Shown: positions 9,708-19,528 of the stretch, in pieces
Layout of the letters: every line of letters starts with the position of its first letter
Position numbering within the stretch: position 1 is the stretch's first letter
DNA from: a virus
Lineage: Duplodnaviria > Caudoviricetes
Length of the DNA stretch: 64,000 bases
Virus record (IMG/VR): IMGVR_UViG_3300033120_000461
Span: 9,283-73,282 of that record
Strand: one strand, 5' to 3'
Notes under the pieces: model-generated
Databases searched by the model: none
Seen by the model: the letters and a program-made list of their open reading frames with translations, nothing else
What the model was told of the DNA's origin: nothing
Made by a program: the position numbers and the translations under genes

Positions 9708-10340
9708 TCAAAAGGTGAGCCGCCACGTTATCGAGAGCTGTGAGTTGTTCGGTTTGGAGATTGCCCCAAACTGTAGGCTATTCACCTGAATGTCGTAGAG
9801 AGTCAAATCAATCGTCGGGTCGTACGTAGGAAACGTAGAGGGCACAGGGTTGGTCACCAAAGGGTTCATTGAGATGGTTCTCATAAGACCCATCTCATTC
9901 AGTGGGCCCACGGCCTCACCCACCCCAAAGATGGTGGTGAAGTCCACAATGTTGGTGGAGACTGCTGAGACAGCACCCGCTGAGGTGCGGAATGTCACTG
10001 CTGAGAATGGCTTTCTCGCAATCTCTGCAAAGAGATGGCGAGTTCTTGGGTCAGGTGCGTCTGGGTTGAATACAGGGCCAGGTGCCCCTGTCCCGATTGC
10101 CAACATGGTGATGCCAGACGTGCCTGTAGCTCCAGCAGCAAACATCATTGCAGCAAGCACACCACCATCCAAAACCACAAGGTTCTTCTTCTCCCAGGTG
10201 GTGCGTTCGCCATCAATCACTTGGAGATCGAAGAACACATCACCCCGAACCTTGTAGGTCTGAATTTCCTCTTCATACTCACAAGCGAGTCCGAATTTGA
10301 AGCCTTGTTTGGGGTGAGCCATTTTTTCCTTGAAGTTCAC
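9708..10340 (-). CDS. tail-collar/baseplate-associated protein
   Basis: NLVV..G....AIGTG....LFAEIARK and ITWRLTF match the tail-collar-fibre N-terminal-like small proteins of large myophages. Confidence 0.65.
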   Translation of the reverse strand: MNFKEKMAHPKQGFKFGLACEYEEEIQTYKVRGDVFFDLQVIDGERTTWEKKNLVVLDGGVLAAMMFAAGATGTSGITMLAIGTGAPGPVFNPDAPDPRTRHLFAEIARKPFSAVTFRTSAGAVSAVSTNIVDFTTIFGVGEAVGPLNEMGLMRTISMNPLVTNPVPSTFPTYDPTIDLTLYDIQVNSLQFGAISKPNNSQLSITWRLTF

Positions 10341-10367
10341 GATTCTCTCCGTCTGTCTCAGGCCCTA

Positions 10368-10373
10368 GATAGG
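10368..10373 (-). promoter_or_regulatory. CCTATC candidate late-promoter element
   Basis: About 28 nt upstream of the 210-aa gene start. Confidence 0.35.
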
Positions 10374-10407
10374 CGTCGTAGCGAACTAAACACCTTACCT
10401 GAGTTGG

Positions 10408-13400
10408 TTATGCGGGCTGCAAGACCCAAAGGATTTCTCTATGGACTGCACCACCACCCGAACCAGGTACGACCCCTGCTGAGGGTCCAACTGGAGTAAG
10501 GATGGCAGCTCGAAGTCCTGTTTTGGCTGGGTTGGGGCCTGCATATGGTGTGGTGTAGCTGGCTGGACCCAGCAAACCACCAGGTCCTGCTGCGCCTGCC
10601 AATCCCCCTGAGGCATAGAGGTAAGGTCCAAATCTTCCAGGACCTCTATTGAAGTTCGAAGCGAATGAGGATGTGACTGGAGAGAAGTTCTCAGTGAAGA
10701 GGGCTCCATCAAGGCTTATGTCTCGAAGACCTCCACCCAAGCCTGAACCATCACAGAATGTGGCTATTCTACCTGTTTCCCCGCCATCTGGGAGTTGGAA
10801 GAACTCCATTTGTTCGTAGAGGACATCAGGGTCATTCTCAAACTGTCTGACGAGGTACTGATCTCGCAGGAAGTAGTTTGGATTCGCAGGTAGTGCAGGA
10901 GGAAATGCTGGTGTGGGCCCACCATCACCAGAAACCGTAGATACGGTAGCCGTCCCAACTTGACTCATTGGGACAGGTGGGGTGCCCTCATTAAGGATGG
11001 TCTGGGACTCATCGAGAGGTTGAGTCTGTAGATACGTGGTTGTGACTGGCTTTCCAACAGCGAAAACCACTGTGACTGGAAATCCTGCTGCTGGGAGAGC
11101 TGAGAAGAGAATGATCTCTTGGCTGTCCGAGTTGAATCTCCAACCACTTTGAGCAAGAGGTACACCCTCTACGACCACTTGGAAGACCCTGGAAGCAAAG
11201 ATGTGCGTAGGCCGGAGACTCACACGAGTTGGAGTCAGAGCAGCTACCACGACTTGCTCGGGAGAGACATCCTTCAGGTAATCCCCCGAGGAAATCACGT
11301 TCCATTGATTGAGTGCCATCCTCTGAGGTGCGCGGTAATCAATGGACGTGTGCGTGAAAACCCTGTACCGAACTTCGTTCCAAAACTGGAGAGACGAAGC
11401 TGCTGGGTTGAGATTCCCAAAGTGGACGCTTCCGAATCGGGTGTAGCCCTCGGCTCTTGGAAGGCGCGAGTATTCCACTCGGGCCCAAGCAGCTGTTGGG
11501 TCCAGAGACTGTGTGGCAAAATTGCCTGTGTAACCAGGTGGGGGCGACAGGTCTGGACGAAGTAGGACTGCTCCAAATGTTGGGTCTACAAAGAGACGAA
11601 CCCAACATTCTAGGGTCCAATTCATGTCTGTGATGATTGATGTCGGGTCAGAGTTTGGTACCCCAAGGCCGTCTGATCGTGGAATCTCCCAGTTGTCAAT
11701 GTCTCCAGCATCCCCACCCACCCAAATCCCAAAGGTTCGGTGTAGGTTTGGGACCCCATCAAGGTCCTCCATGAAACAAAGACTGCTGAGCGAAGCCTCA
11801 AAGGCCTGAGACGGATCTGCTGGGTCTGCAAAGTACCCGAACGAGACGCCATCCAAGGAAGGTGAAACAGGGAAACTCAGGTATGGGGCAGAAACTTCAA
11901 GATCCGCATCCACATACAAATCAACAACGTTGATTGACGGCCGGATATCAACCCTGTAGGTGCGTTTAGCTCCATCACTCCAAGGCACCGTTGCTGTAGC
12001 CAAGACACCAAAGGTTAGGTCAACCAAATTCACATCATCAGGACCTGTGAAGGACAAGGCGATAGTGCGCCCCCCAACGTCTGCCAAAAACACAAGGCCA
12101 GTTGAATTTGCAGTGCCTAACGTGAAGGAGTCAACAGAAAGACGGAACTCCAGAATTCGATCGACACTGGGGGATGCAGATACAGCCAAAGACTTCTGCA
12201 AAAGCCAGTTATCCAAACCAAAACCGGAGAGGGAAGTGGTTGGACCATCTGCAAAAGACACTGATGGGCCGAAACCTACCGCTTCGACATCTACCCAACC
12301 CTGATCTCCAGCCGTGGTTGCACCCACAAGAGAGATTGAAGTCTGAGGGTAGATGGTCTTCCCACCAACACCGTTGTCTTGAAAGAGAAGGTTTCCCAAC
12401 CGAGCTTCACGGTGAGTGTCCTTCAACGACAAAGCTGCACCGCCAGCTCCAGAGGTATCTCTCAAGACGCTGAGTTTTGCATCGAAGGCTGTGACTCTTC
12501 GCCCATTCAAGAAGGGGTCGATCAGCCCATACCCGTAAGTTGTATCAAGACTCGGCTCTGAAGGAGTAGCAGTGATGCGAAGTTGGCTTACCGCAGTAGC
12601 AGAGTCACCATAAGAGGTTGTCCTGAACCACTGGGCATCCTCAGGGTCGCCCGTCATTGTCGTGTCAACAACTGTTCCTCTGGTGAATTGAGTTCCACCA
12701 TCTGGGGTGGACAGGTAGCGAACAAAGTCCCAAGTCGTTGAGTTCTTGGCACGACGAGAGAAGGATCCCCAGAGGTATCTACCAGACCCTTCAGGCAACA
12801 CGTCTGGACCCAGATAGGCTGGAGATGCGAGAACAGGTCCACCAGACATCGTAACAAGAGCACCGCCTGTGGCTCCGCCAAAGAGGAGTTGCACAGAGTC
12901 AGACCGTGTGTTTCCGTACAGACGCCAGGTACACAGACCGATGTCCCAACGGGTCTCAAAGACAAGGTCTGCAAGTCTGTTGCCCCAAAGGTTTGGGTTC
13001 GCTGGGAACCCAATTCCTGAGACGGTGAGAGTGACTAGGTTCCGTACTCGGTCAATGAAGACTTGGTCGACTACGTACACACCAATTTGGTTCCCAGACA
13101 AGATCTGGAACCTATGTCCACTACTGATGAGTTTTGGAGCTTGTGCTAGAGGACAAGTCACAATGTTGGTTGCTAGGATGGTCCCGTTTGCCAGAGGACC
13201 GACAATCCAGGAACTCACATCCCGAAGCTCACCAGGACGAGCAAGAAGACCAATGTGCTTCAGCCCATTCACTACAAGAGCGCCCGCGAGATACAGGCGT
13301 CGATTGTTCTCTACTCCAAACCCAACTCCCGTGAACACTCCATCCAAGGTGTGGGATTCAATTTGAAAACGTGCAGCTGTCCCAACCATGGATGAGACAG

Positions 13401-15594
13401 GAAGCTCGAAGTCTCTACTCCAATACCCAACCTGAGTGTCGCTTGCATCAATGAGCTTGTAACGGTCCCCATCAGAGGTTCCTGTTGGAGCGCCCTTAGC
13501 AATCCAGGGACTGGAGGGAATAGCTGTGCCCTCATATTGGATTGAGGTTCCTACAACATCAGCCTCTGCATAAGGAACCGAGATTCTCCCAGGAGCCTGA
13601 TTCAAGAGCAATGTCGTGGGGCTGTTGATAGCCGCTGTGTAAGCCCGCTCAAACGCAAGGTACCTGTGAGCGATTTTGACTGGAGGCTTCCGCGATGGAA
13701 ACCGACCAAGACCCAACGATAGCGGGAACTTGCTCGTGGAGGCGCCGCCAAGAGTCCCACTTGCTGAGACAGGTGACGTTGTGTTTCTGCCTCCTGCTAG
13801 GCTCCACCTATTGAGAGTCACACCCTGTGTGTTGAGCCCAGAGAACCCCATCAAAGGAGAAGAGAACCATCGGTAGCTCACAGTTACTGTGTGTGCTCCT
13901 GGGAGGAATCTGGTGATAGGGGCAGCGAGTGTGATTTCCCCTGTGTATGGGTTCAGGCTCGCTACTGAGACAGGAACACCGTCGTAGAGAACCACTACGT
14001 CAGAAGGTGTGGCAGGAGTAGCATCACCCCATGAACGAACCAAAGGCCCAAACGTTGTGTTGAGGACAATTTGTCCCCCTGCTGGAGGTGCGAAGAATTG
14101 ACTGGAGGCATCTTCGTTGGTGACCTGAACTGGAGACCGAACACCTAGGCGATCTACCTCAACAGTGTAGGACACCACGCCCGCAGCAGGGAAACGTGGA
14201 GCAACACGTACAAAACACAGAGCTGGACGAATCTCTGTAGCTGGGCCAAGAGCCACACCAAGAGGACCACCATTTGAACCCAAGACAGTTTCTAGGAGGT
14301 AACGTCCTGCGTTGGGGCCTGTGGAGAAAGTCAGAATTTCCCCTTGAGTAGCCAGAGACCAATCCTGAGCTAGGTCTCTGAAGGACCCATTCACCACACT
14401 GGCAGTACCAACCAATCCTGATGGGGATGTTGTGTAGGCACGTGCAACAGGATCATCCCCAAATGGGAATGCAAGAACATCTCTGACTACGTAGCGACCA
14501 GCATTTGGACCGCTTGCAACAACAAGAGGTGCCCCAACTCGGACAGATCTGAAACTCAGGGTGTCGTTGAGTGTGTACCTGTCGGAGAGTACATTTCCTG
14601 CTACTGAGGATATCTCCTTGACACCAGCACAGTATTTCCTGAAGTCCTCGTAGTAGAAGGCATCCAAGTCAAACTTCTGGAAATCATCTGTGAAAACGTG
14701 GCGGTAGGTCTCCCGAAAGAGGTTCCTGTATTCGTAGAGAGTGTGCGCGGGCCTCAGTGCTCGCAATACGATCTTGACATTGCTCTCCAAGAGGATCGGC
14801 AAGTCTGCAAAGTCAGAAAGAAGGTCATGAGTGTGTGCCGGAAGTCCTGTTGCAGAGGTCTCTGAAACAAGGAAGTTCTCGATGGTGTGGCTGTGATCTA
14901 CTCCTGAGCCATCGTCCCATGTTGTACCTGTTGTGACTCCTGTGCCTTGAGCATTGATCTTGACTGTGTGGTAGTGGGGATCAACAAGACTTCCAGATGT
15001 GGTCCGTTTCGTGGAACTTACGTTGACCTCAAAAGTGAATCTGTCCGCAATTGTCCAACCAATTCCGGGCTGCCCAATAAACTCGGACTTGTCGAGGATG
15101 GACACCTCGGCATCAGTCAACGCTTCAACACCTTCAAGAAGAGTGAGGGTCTTGCTTCCCTTCAGCAGGAGCGAGACCATCTTCTTCAAGAAGGTTCGGT
15201 AGGACACGTCCCCATCAATGACAGGGAGGCCTGTGATGTCCGAGTTGGGGAAGATCAAGTCTGCAAGGAACTGGAAGAGGACTTCAGAACGGGTGAAGTC
15301 GTAGTCGTTGTCTTCGTAGGCGTCCTCAGCCGTTACCTGGATTCGCGCAAGCTCTTCCGCAGCAGCCTGGAATTGTTGTACGTAGAATGGCCCTTTGGTC
15401 TGGGATACGTAGTTGGATGGGAGAGAGTTGAGGAATACTCGGACAATTTGATCTGCAACGGCACGAACTCGGCTCTCGTCTACCTGACCTTCTTGCTCAA
15501 AAGGGGCAGGATTCTGAACTTTGGGGCCTGTAACAGAAGTTGGGAGAACAGTGATAAGACCGTTCGCTGACCTTGATTTTGTGTCCTCAGGCAT
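10408..15594 (-). CDS. large baseplate wedge protein (P2 gpI/T4 gp7-like N-terminus, 1728 aa)
   Basis: YRTFLKKMVSLLLKGSK..LLEGVEALT and LRPAHTLY resemble gpI-type wedge domains; near baseplate J; contains repeated GPNAGRY modules. Confidence 0.65.
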   Translation of the reverse strand: MPEDTKSRSANGLITVLPTSVTGPKVQNPAPFEQEGQVDESRVRAVADQIVRVFLNSLPSNYVSQTKGPFYVQQFQAAAEELARIQVTAEDAYEDNDYDFTRSEVLFQFLADLIFPNSDITGLPVIDGDVSYRTFLKKMVSLLLKGSKTLTLLEGVEALTDAEVSILDKSEFIGQPGIGWTIADRFTFEVNVSSTKRTTSGSLVDPHYHTVKINAQGTGVTTGTTWDDGSGVDHSHTIENFLVSETSATGLPAHTHDLLSDFADLPILLESNVKIVLRALRPAHTLYEYRNLFRETYRHVFTDDFQKFDLDAFYYEDFRKYCAGVKEISSVAGNVLSDRYTLNDTLSFRSVRVGAPLVVASGPNAGRYVVRDVLAFPFGDDPVARAYTTSPSGLVGTASVVNGSFRDLAQDWSLATQGEILTFSTGPNAGRYLLETVLGSNGGPLGVALGPATEIRPALCFVRVAPRFPAAGVVSYTVEVDRLGVRSPVQVTNEDASSQFFAPPAGGQIVLNTTFGPLVRSWGDATPATPSDVVVLYDGVPVSVASLNPYTGEITLAAPITRFLPGAHTVTVSYRWFSSPLMGFSGLNTQGVTLNRWSLAGGRNTTSPVSASGTLGGASTSKFPLSLGLGRFPSRKPPVKIAHRYLAFERAYTAAINSPTTLLLNQAPGRISVPYAEADVVGTSIQYEGTAIPSSPWIAKGAPTGTSDGDRYKLIDASDTQVGYWSRDFELPVSSMVGTAARFQIESHTLDGVFTGVGFGVENNRRLYLAGALVVNGLKHIGLLARPGELRDVSSWIVGPLANGTILATNIVTCPLAQAPKLISSGHRFQILSGNQIGVYVVDQVFIDRVRNLVTLTVSGIGFPANPNLWGNRLADLVFETRWDIGLCTWRLYGNTRSDSVQLLFGGATGGALVTMSGGPVLASPAYLGPDVLPEGSGRYLWGSFSRRAKNSTTWDFVRYLSTPDGGTQFTRGTVVDTTMTGDPEDAQWFRTTSYGDSATAVSQLRITATPSEPSLDTTYGYGLIDPFLNGRRVTAFDAKLSVLRDTSGAGGAALSLKDTHREARLGNLLFQDNGVGGKTIYPQTSISLVGATTAGDQGWVDVEAVGFGPSVSFADGPTTSLSGFGLDNWLLQKSLAVSASPSVDRILEFRLSVDSFTLGTANSTGLVFLADVGGRTIALSFTGPDDVNLVDLTFGVLATATVPWSDGAKRTYRVDIRPSINVVDLYVDADLEVSAPYLSFPVSPSLDGVSFGYFADPADPSQAFEASLSSLCFMEDLDGVPNLHRTFGIWVGGDAGDIDNWEIPRSDGLGVPNSDPTSIITDMNWTLECWVRLFVDPTFGAVLLRPDLSPPPGYTGNFATQSLDPTAAWARVEYSRLPRAEGYTRFGSVHFGNLNPAASSLQFWNEVRYRVFTHTSIDYRAPQRMALNQWNVISSGDYLKDVSPEQVVVAALTPTRVSLRPTHIFASRVFQVVVEGVPLAQSGWRFNSDSQEIILFSALPAAGFPVTVVFAVGKPVTTTYLQTQPLDESQTILNEGTPPVPMSQVGTATVSTVSGDGGPTPAFPPALPANPNYFLRDQYLVRQFENDPDVLYEQMEFFQLPDGGETGRIATFCDGSGLGGGLRDISLDGALFTENFSPVTSSFASNFNRGPGRFGPYLYASGGLAGAAGPGGLLGPASYTTPYAGPNPAKTGLRAAILTPVGPSAGVVPGSGGGAVHREILWVLQPA

Positions 15595-15599
15595 CTCTA

Positions 15600-15616
15600 C
15601 CTCTGTTTACGAGAGG
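15600..15616 (-). promoter_or_regulatory. SD-occluding hairpin with CGTAAAC loop
   Basis: CCTCT-CGTAAAC-AGAGG; 3' arm carries the GAGG SD 5 nt before the ATG at 15594. Confidence 0.45.
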
Positions 15617-15640
15617 AACTCTACCGGCCCCCAACTCGAA

Positions 15641-16051
15641 TCATCCGAAGGAGAACTTCAGGCTCCTTTGTCTCTTGGCTCGAAGCCCTGAACACAAGCC
15701 ACAGAACCATCCCTCTTTTGTCAACTCACATCGATTCGCGTTTAGCGTACCTGGTGTAATGACATCACCACATTGACTACACTGGCTGAATTGTTTCTTA
15801 GCAACCCAACTTTGCCCATCCCAAGTAAGGAGATCTTCAATTGGGGGTGTCAGGAGGTCCTTCAGTTGAAGGCGAATCGCACGAATGGCTGTGGCATGTA
15901 TGTCCCTACGCTTACGTAAGTCTTTACGTTTCCAGGGCTCATGCCTGTGGCGCTCGCGTAGTTCCCACCACTCTTTGAGAAAGAAAGCTTCGCTGTGTCG
16001 CAAAAGTCTCAAACGTTTCTCAATGGTGGGCTTCTCTGGTTGTGTCATCAC
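15641..16051 (-). CDS. hypothetical protein with C-terminal Zn ribbon
   Basis: CSQC...CGLC; small accessory gene inside the baseplate block. Confidence 0.65.
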   Translation of the reverse strand: MMTQPEKPTIEKRLRLLRHSEAFFLKEWWELRERHRHEPWKRKDLRKRRDIHATAIRAIRLQLKDLLTPPIEDLLTWDGQSWVAKKQFSQCSQCGDVITPGTLNANRCELTKEGWFCGLCSGLRAKRQRSLKFSFG

Positions 16052-16072
16052 TAGATATTACACCCAGAAACC

Positions 16073-19000
16073 CTACCTCACGTCCTCGTCATACGTGAAT
16101 TCCACGATGCCCAAAGACAGGTATTCCACGCCTGTTGGCACGATGTCATGGTCTCCAGTTTCCACACCCACAGTGTAGGTTGCCCAGTATTTGTGGTTTG
16201 AAGGAGCATCACCAACAGCCAGACTTAGGAGCACTCGGTTCTGAGTGATGAGAACTCTCCGAGCCAGGATGTCTTGACCTGTTATGTACCCTTGGGAGAT
16301 CAGAGTGTTGTCGTCGCTGTACCCTGGAATGACAAGACCTTCATTTCCGATGATGTAGGACCGGCCAGATGCCTCTACCAACCTTTCAGGAAGAGAGGTC
16401 TGAAGTGTAGTGGGCTCGTCATCTTGGAAGACACCTCTGAAGTCCCCCTTAGGCCCACCACCCGTTGTTGTGGCAGCGGTCAGAGTACCTGTGAGCAACC
16501 ATGTCTGGACTGTCGAGTTAGACCAAAGTGGGATGCGGAATGAATCCCCAATTTGAGTTGAATTGAGTTCATCCTTGGCAACTTGTGACCCAATCGCCCG
16601 CACCATTTTCACAAGTGGGGTTGCCACATAGGAGACTCCTGTGGTGGCGTCAATGACACGAATCACGTCACTTCTACGAAGGGCAATACCCTGCCTCAAA
16701 TTGGAGACTAGAAGACCAAGATTGGCCCGAATCGAGTTGTCAACAACACTCTTCACGAACCCCTTCTTTAGGATGACTGTGGCTTCAATGTCTACAGGTA
16801 CTGAGATAGAACTCTTGCCAAGTACGTCTGCTGTCGCATGCTTTTTTTCATCCAAAGCCTGCTGAAGAGCACTCGTGACTAGATTCACCCGATATGTGAC
16901 GACGAAGTTCTCATCGTATCGGTAACTGATGAGAACGCTCTGGCCATCAGCAATCGTGCTGGTAGAAGTCCTCTTGATTCCAAGGGGGTTTGTCTGGTCC
17001 CCCTCAATGATTGTGTAGTCTGGGGTCGTAGTTGAGAATGGGCCTGCATAGGTCACAGTTCCTGCAACATTGGTCACGACCACAGTGAGAGAGTCTGCCC
17101 CTAAGCGAAGAACGTACTCCACATATTCACCTACGATTACATGCTCTTCGTTGGTGACTGTGAGGATGTCTCCTGTGGGGATAGAGAGTGCGGGGTCTGC
17201 ACTTCCAACAATCTGAATGTAGTCCCCTGCTTTGGTGGACCGCCCAAGAGAAAGAGGGCTGTTGGGGTGAACCAGGCTGTAGATGGAATTGTTGAGGTCT
17301 CCAGTGGACTCACCAACTACAGACACCACAGATTCTACAGGCTGTCGAGTCAGGGTGAACTTTTCACCTGTTCTGTATCTGTAGTCTCCTAGGATGACGT
17401 CTGTGAGAGTTGGGACAACCCATGGCTGAGACACATCCAAGTCAAGTTGGATTGTGTTGTAGTTGAGGATCTGCACTCCGCTCAAGTTGAATGAAATCCC
17501 AGTTGTCGCGTTACGCAACCCAAGGCCAATGCTGGGGTAGTCCAGCATCTCTGCAATGGGGTTCTCTGGGGACAAATCTGAATCCAAAGCTTGGAAACGA
17601 TAGGCCTCTGGGTTTCCCACAACCACGAACTGGACCTCTCTCTTTCGCACAAACGTGAAAGCAAAGGTGTCCGTTACAGTGGCGAACCGTGTGCCTTGCT
17701 CCCAGACATCAACCTTTCCACCAATGTGAGTCTTGGTGATGGGGTCGAAGTCACGTTGCATGAGAGGGTTCCCGGCCTCTACAACCTGGGCTTGGATGAC
17801 TCCGGGTACCCCAGCTGCAATCTGGTAGCACCCTTGGGTCGTGCCTGTGTCCACTGCGGAGAGTGCTCCCCGAGCTTCCGCTGCAAGTTGCGCATTGGTC
17901 TGTGAGTTCGTTCCTCCAAAGAAGGGGGAATCATTGACAACAGCGAGACCAAAAGGAGCCCCTGAGGAGATCTGACGAGAGCCCACATTCCCAGCCACAC
18001 CTGGGGAAACAGCCTGAGCTGGGACCGTGATCGAATACTGACCCGTCGAAGGATTGAAGTAGCTTGCGAGCCTAGCTACATTGATTTCCGCAGCCCTTGT
18101 GGTTCGGAATGTTGCCCCTCCCCCAGTGATCAAAGTCCCAAGCAGGATTTGACGGGTTGCATTGGGGGCAGTGGATGTGAAGAATCGAACCTCTCCAATA
18201 GACCTGAATCCATTGGTACGGACCACACCCACATTGGCCGCGAGCTTGTCGAAGGCACCATCAATCACAGTCTGGACAAGAGCTGTGTTGGCCATGTACA
18301 GAGCCTTCGCAAGAGCGATCTTGTAGGCACTGCCAGTCACTGGAATTGAGTTCCCAGTGTTGTTGGGGTCGTCGATCTCCAAAAGGGTGTCAAAGGACGA
18401 TGCTCGGTAGATGAAGTCGAGCAGGAACCGAACTCTCTCAGCCTCCTGGGAGAAAGGATCCAGGAACGTGTCTCGAATCACGGCTCCAGGCTGGACTGCA
18501 ATATCCTGGTCTTTTCGGTAGATTGAAGAGATTGCGTTCTGCAAAATCTGTTGGCGACTCACTGAAGGCAGCACAGAGGTGCCAACTCGAACGTTGATTG
18601 GGTTTGCTACAACCTCAGGGGAGAAAGAGGACTCGAATTCAACCTGAGCCAGAGAATCGAAATACACAGCAGTGACTGTGTAGTACAAAGGTTCAGTTGC
18701 TGGGAGAACTGCAAAAGAGCCCACAGATATCGTGCTAGGCACACTTGAAAGATTGAACTTCCGGTTGTGCTTGAACTCAAAGTAGCTGACGTGTTCGATT
18801 GAGGAAATCGCCACGTCAATCTGGATTTCTGACACCGTGTCAGGGATGCTCACCGTGGAATCAACATCGGTCTCCAAAGTGACTTGATTGAAGTCCTCTT
18901 GGGAGATCTGAGCCCGAACAAACAAGGGGTCCGCGCCCGCTGTGTTGTTCTTGCTGACTAGATTGTAGAGAGGTCGAACATTCTCGACGAAGACTGGAAC

Positions 19001-19489
19001 CGTCACAGGTTGTGCGTTGATTCTGGAGTACCCTCTCGCACCTCCGCCTGCTGTAGCTGAGGCGTAGAAGTTGTACCCAGTGATCCGAGAATCTGAAATT
19101 CCACGCGCACTGACATTCACGAAGTCATCGAATCTCTCGACTGAGATTTCGGTTGGTGGCAAGACAACCTGAGTCCCAGACAAGAGCAGAACAGTCGCTT
19201 TTACAGGAGCCGAGGATGGGCCAGAGAGAGGTACTGAACGCACCTCGATTGTGTTCTCTCCTGCAAACAGCTCTAACCCGTTTGGGTATGAGGTCGGGTT
19301 TGGGACAATCCAGCCTCCCGAGGAGAAGGACACAAGCGATGGGTCAGTGGAGAATGCTCCCCCACGGATTGAGACTTCCAGATCTGCTGTGTCTACATTG
19401 ATTGTCCCAGAAAAGAAGCGTGTCGTCGAAGTAGTCGAGAAGACCACTTCGTTTGCATACGTACCATCGGGACCTTGGACTTTTAGCAT
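16073..19489 (-). CDS. baseplate J-like wedge protein (T4 gp6/P2 gpJ/Mu gp47 family)
   Basis: PGAVIRD, FDKLAANVGVVR..G..SIGEVRF, AVSPGVAGNV, FFGGTNSQTNAQL are characteristic baseplate-J motifs. Confidence 0.9.
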   Translation of the reverse strand: MLKVQGPDGTYANEVVFSTTSTTRFFSGTINVDTADLEVSIRGGAFSTDPSLVSFSSGGWIVPNPTSYPNGLELFAGENTIEVRSVPLSGPSSAPVKATVLLLSGTQVVLPPTEISVERFDDFVNVSARGISDSRITGYNFYASATAGGGARGYSRINAQPVTVPVFVENVRPLYNLVSKNNTAGADPLFVRAQISQEDFNQVTLETDVDSTVSIPDTVSEIQIDVAISSIEHVSYFEFKHNRKFNLSSVPSTISVGSFAVLPATEPLYYTVTAVYFDSLAQVEFESSFSPEVVANPINVRVGTSVLPSVSRQQILQNAISSIYRKDQDIAVQPGAVIRDTFLDPFSQEAERVRFLLDFIYRASSFDTLLEIDDPNNTGNSIPVTGSAYKIALAKALYMANTALVQTVIDGAFDKLAANVGVVRTNGFRSIGEVRFFTSTAPNATRQILLGTLITGGGATFRTTRAAEINVARLASYFNPSTGQYSITVPAQAVSPGVAGNVGSRQISSGAPFGLAVVNDSPFFGGTNSQTNAQLAAEARGALSAVDTGTTQGCYQIAAGVPGVIQAQVVEAGNPLMQRDFDPITKTHIGGKVDVWEQGTRFATVTDTFAFTFVRKREVQFVVVGNPEAYRFQALDSDLSPENPIAEMLDYPSIGLGLRNATTGISFNLSGVQILNYNTIQLDLDVSQPWVVPTLTDVILGDYRYRTGEKFTLTRQPVESVVSVVGESTGDLNNSIYSLVHPNSPLSLGRSTKAGDYIQIVGSADPALSIPTGDILTVTNEEHVIVGEYVEYVLRLGADSLTVVVTNVAGTVTYAGPFSTTTPDYTIIEGDQTNPLGIKRTSTSTIADGQSVLISYRYDENFVVTYRVNLVTSALQQALDEKKHATADVLGKSSISVPVDIEATVILKKGFVKSVVDNSIRANLGLLVSNLRQGIALRRSDVIRVIDATTGVSYVATPLVKMVRAIGSQVAKDELNSTQIGDSFRIPLWSNSTVQTWLLTGTLTAATTTGGGPKGDFRGVFQDDEPTTLQTSLPERLVEASGRSYIIGNEGLVIPGYSDDNTLISQGYITGQDILARRVLITQNRVLLSLAVGDAPSNHKYWATYTVGVETGDHDIVPTGVEYLSLGIVEFTYDEDVR

Positions 19490-19528
19490 TTCAAGACTCT
19501 CCAGGGATAGACAAGATCAGCACGTAGG

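Noticed and set aside
15784-15803. GGCTGA-ATTGTTTC-TTAGCA as another hairpin-family copy
   Set aside because: Stem mismatched on the minus strand, flanks absent, within a CDS.
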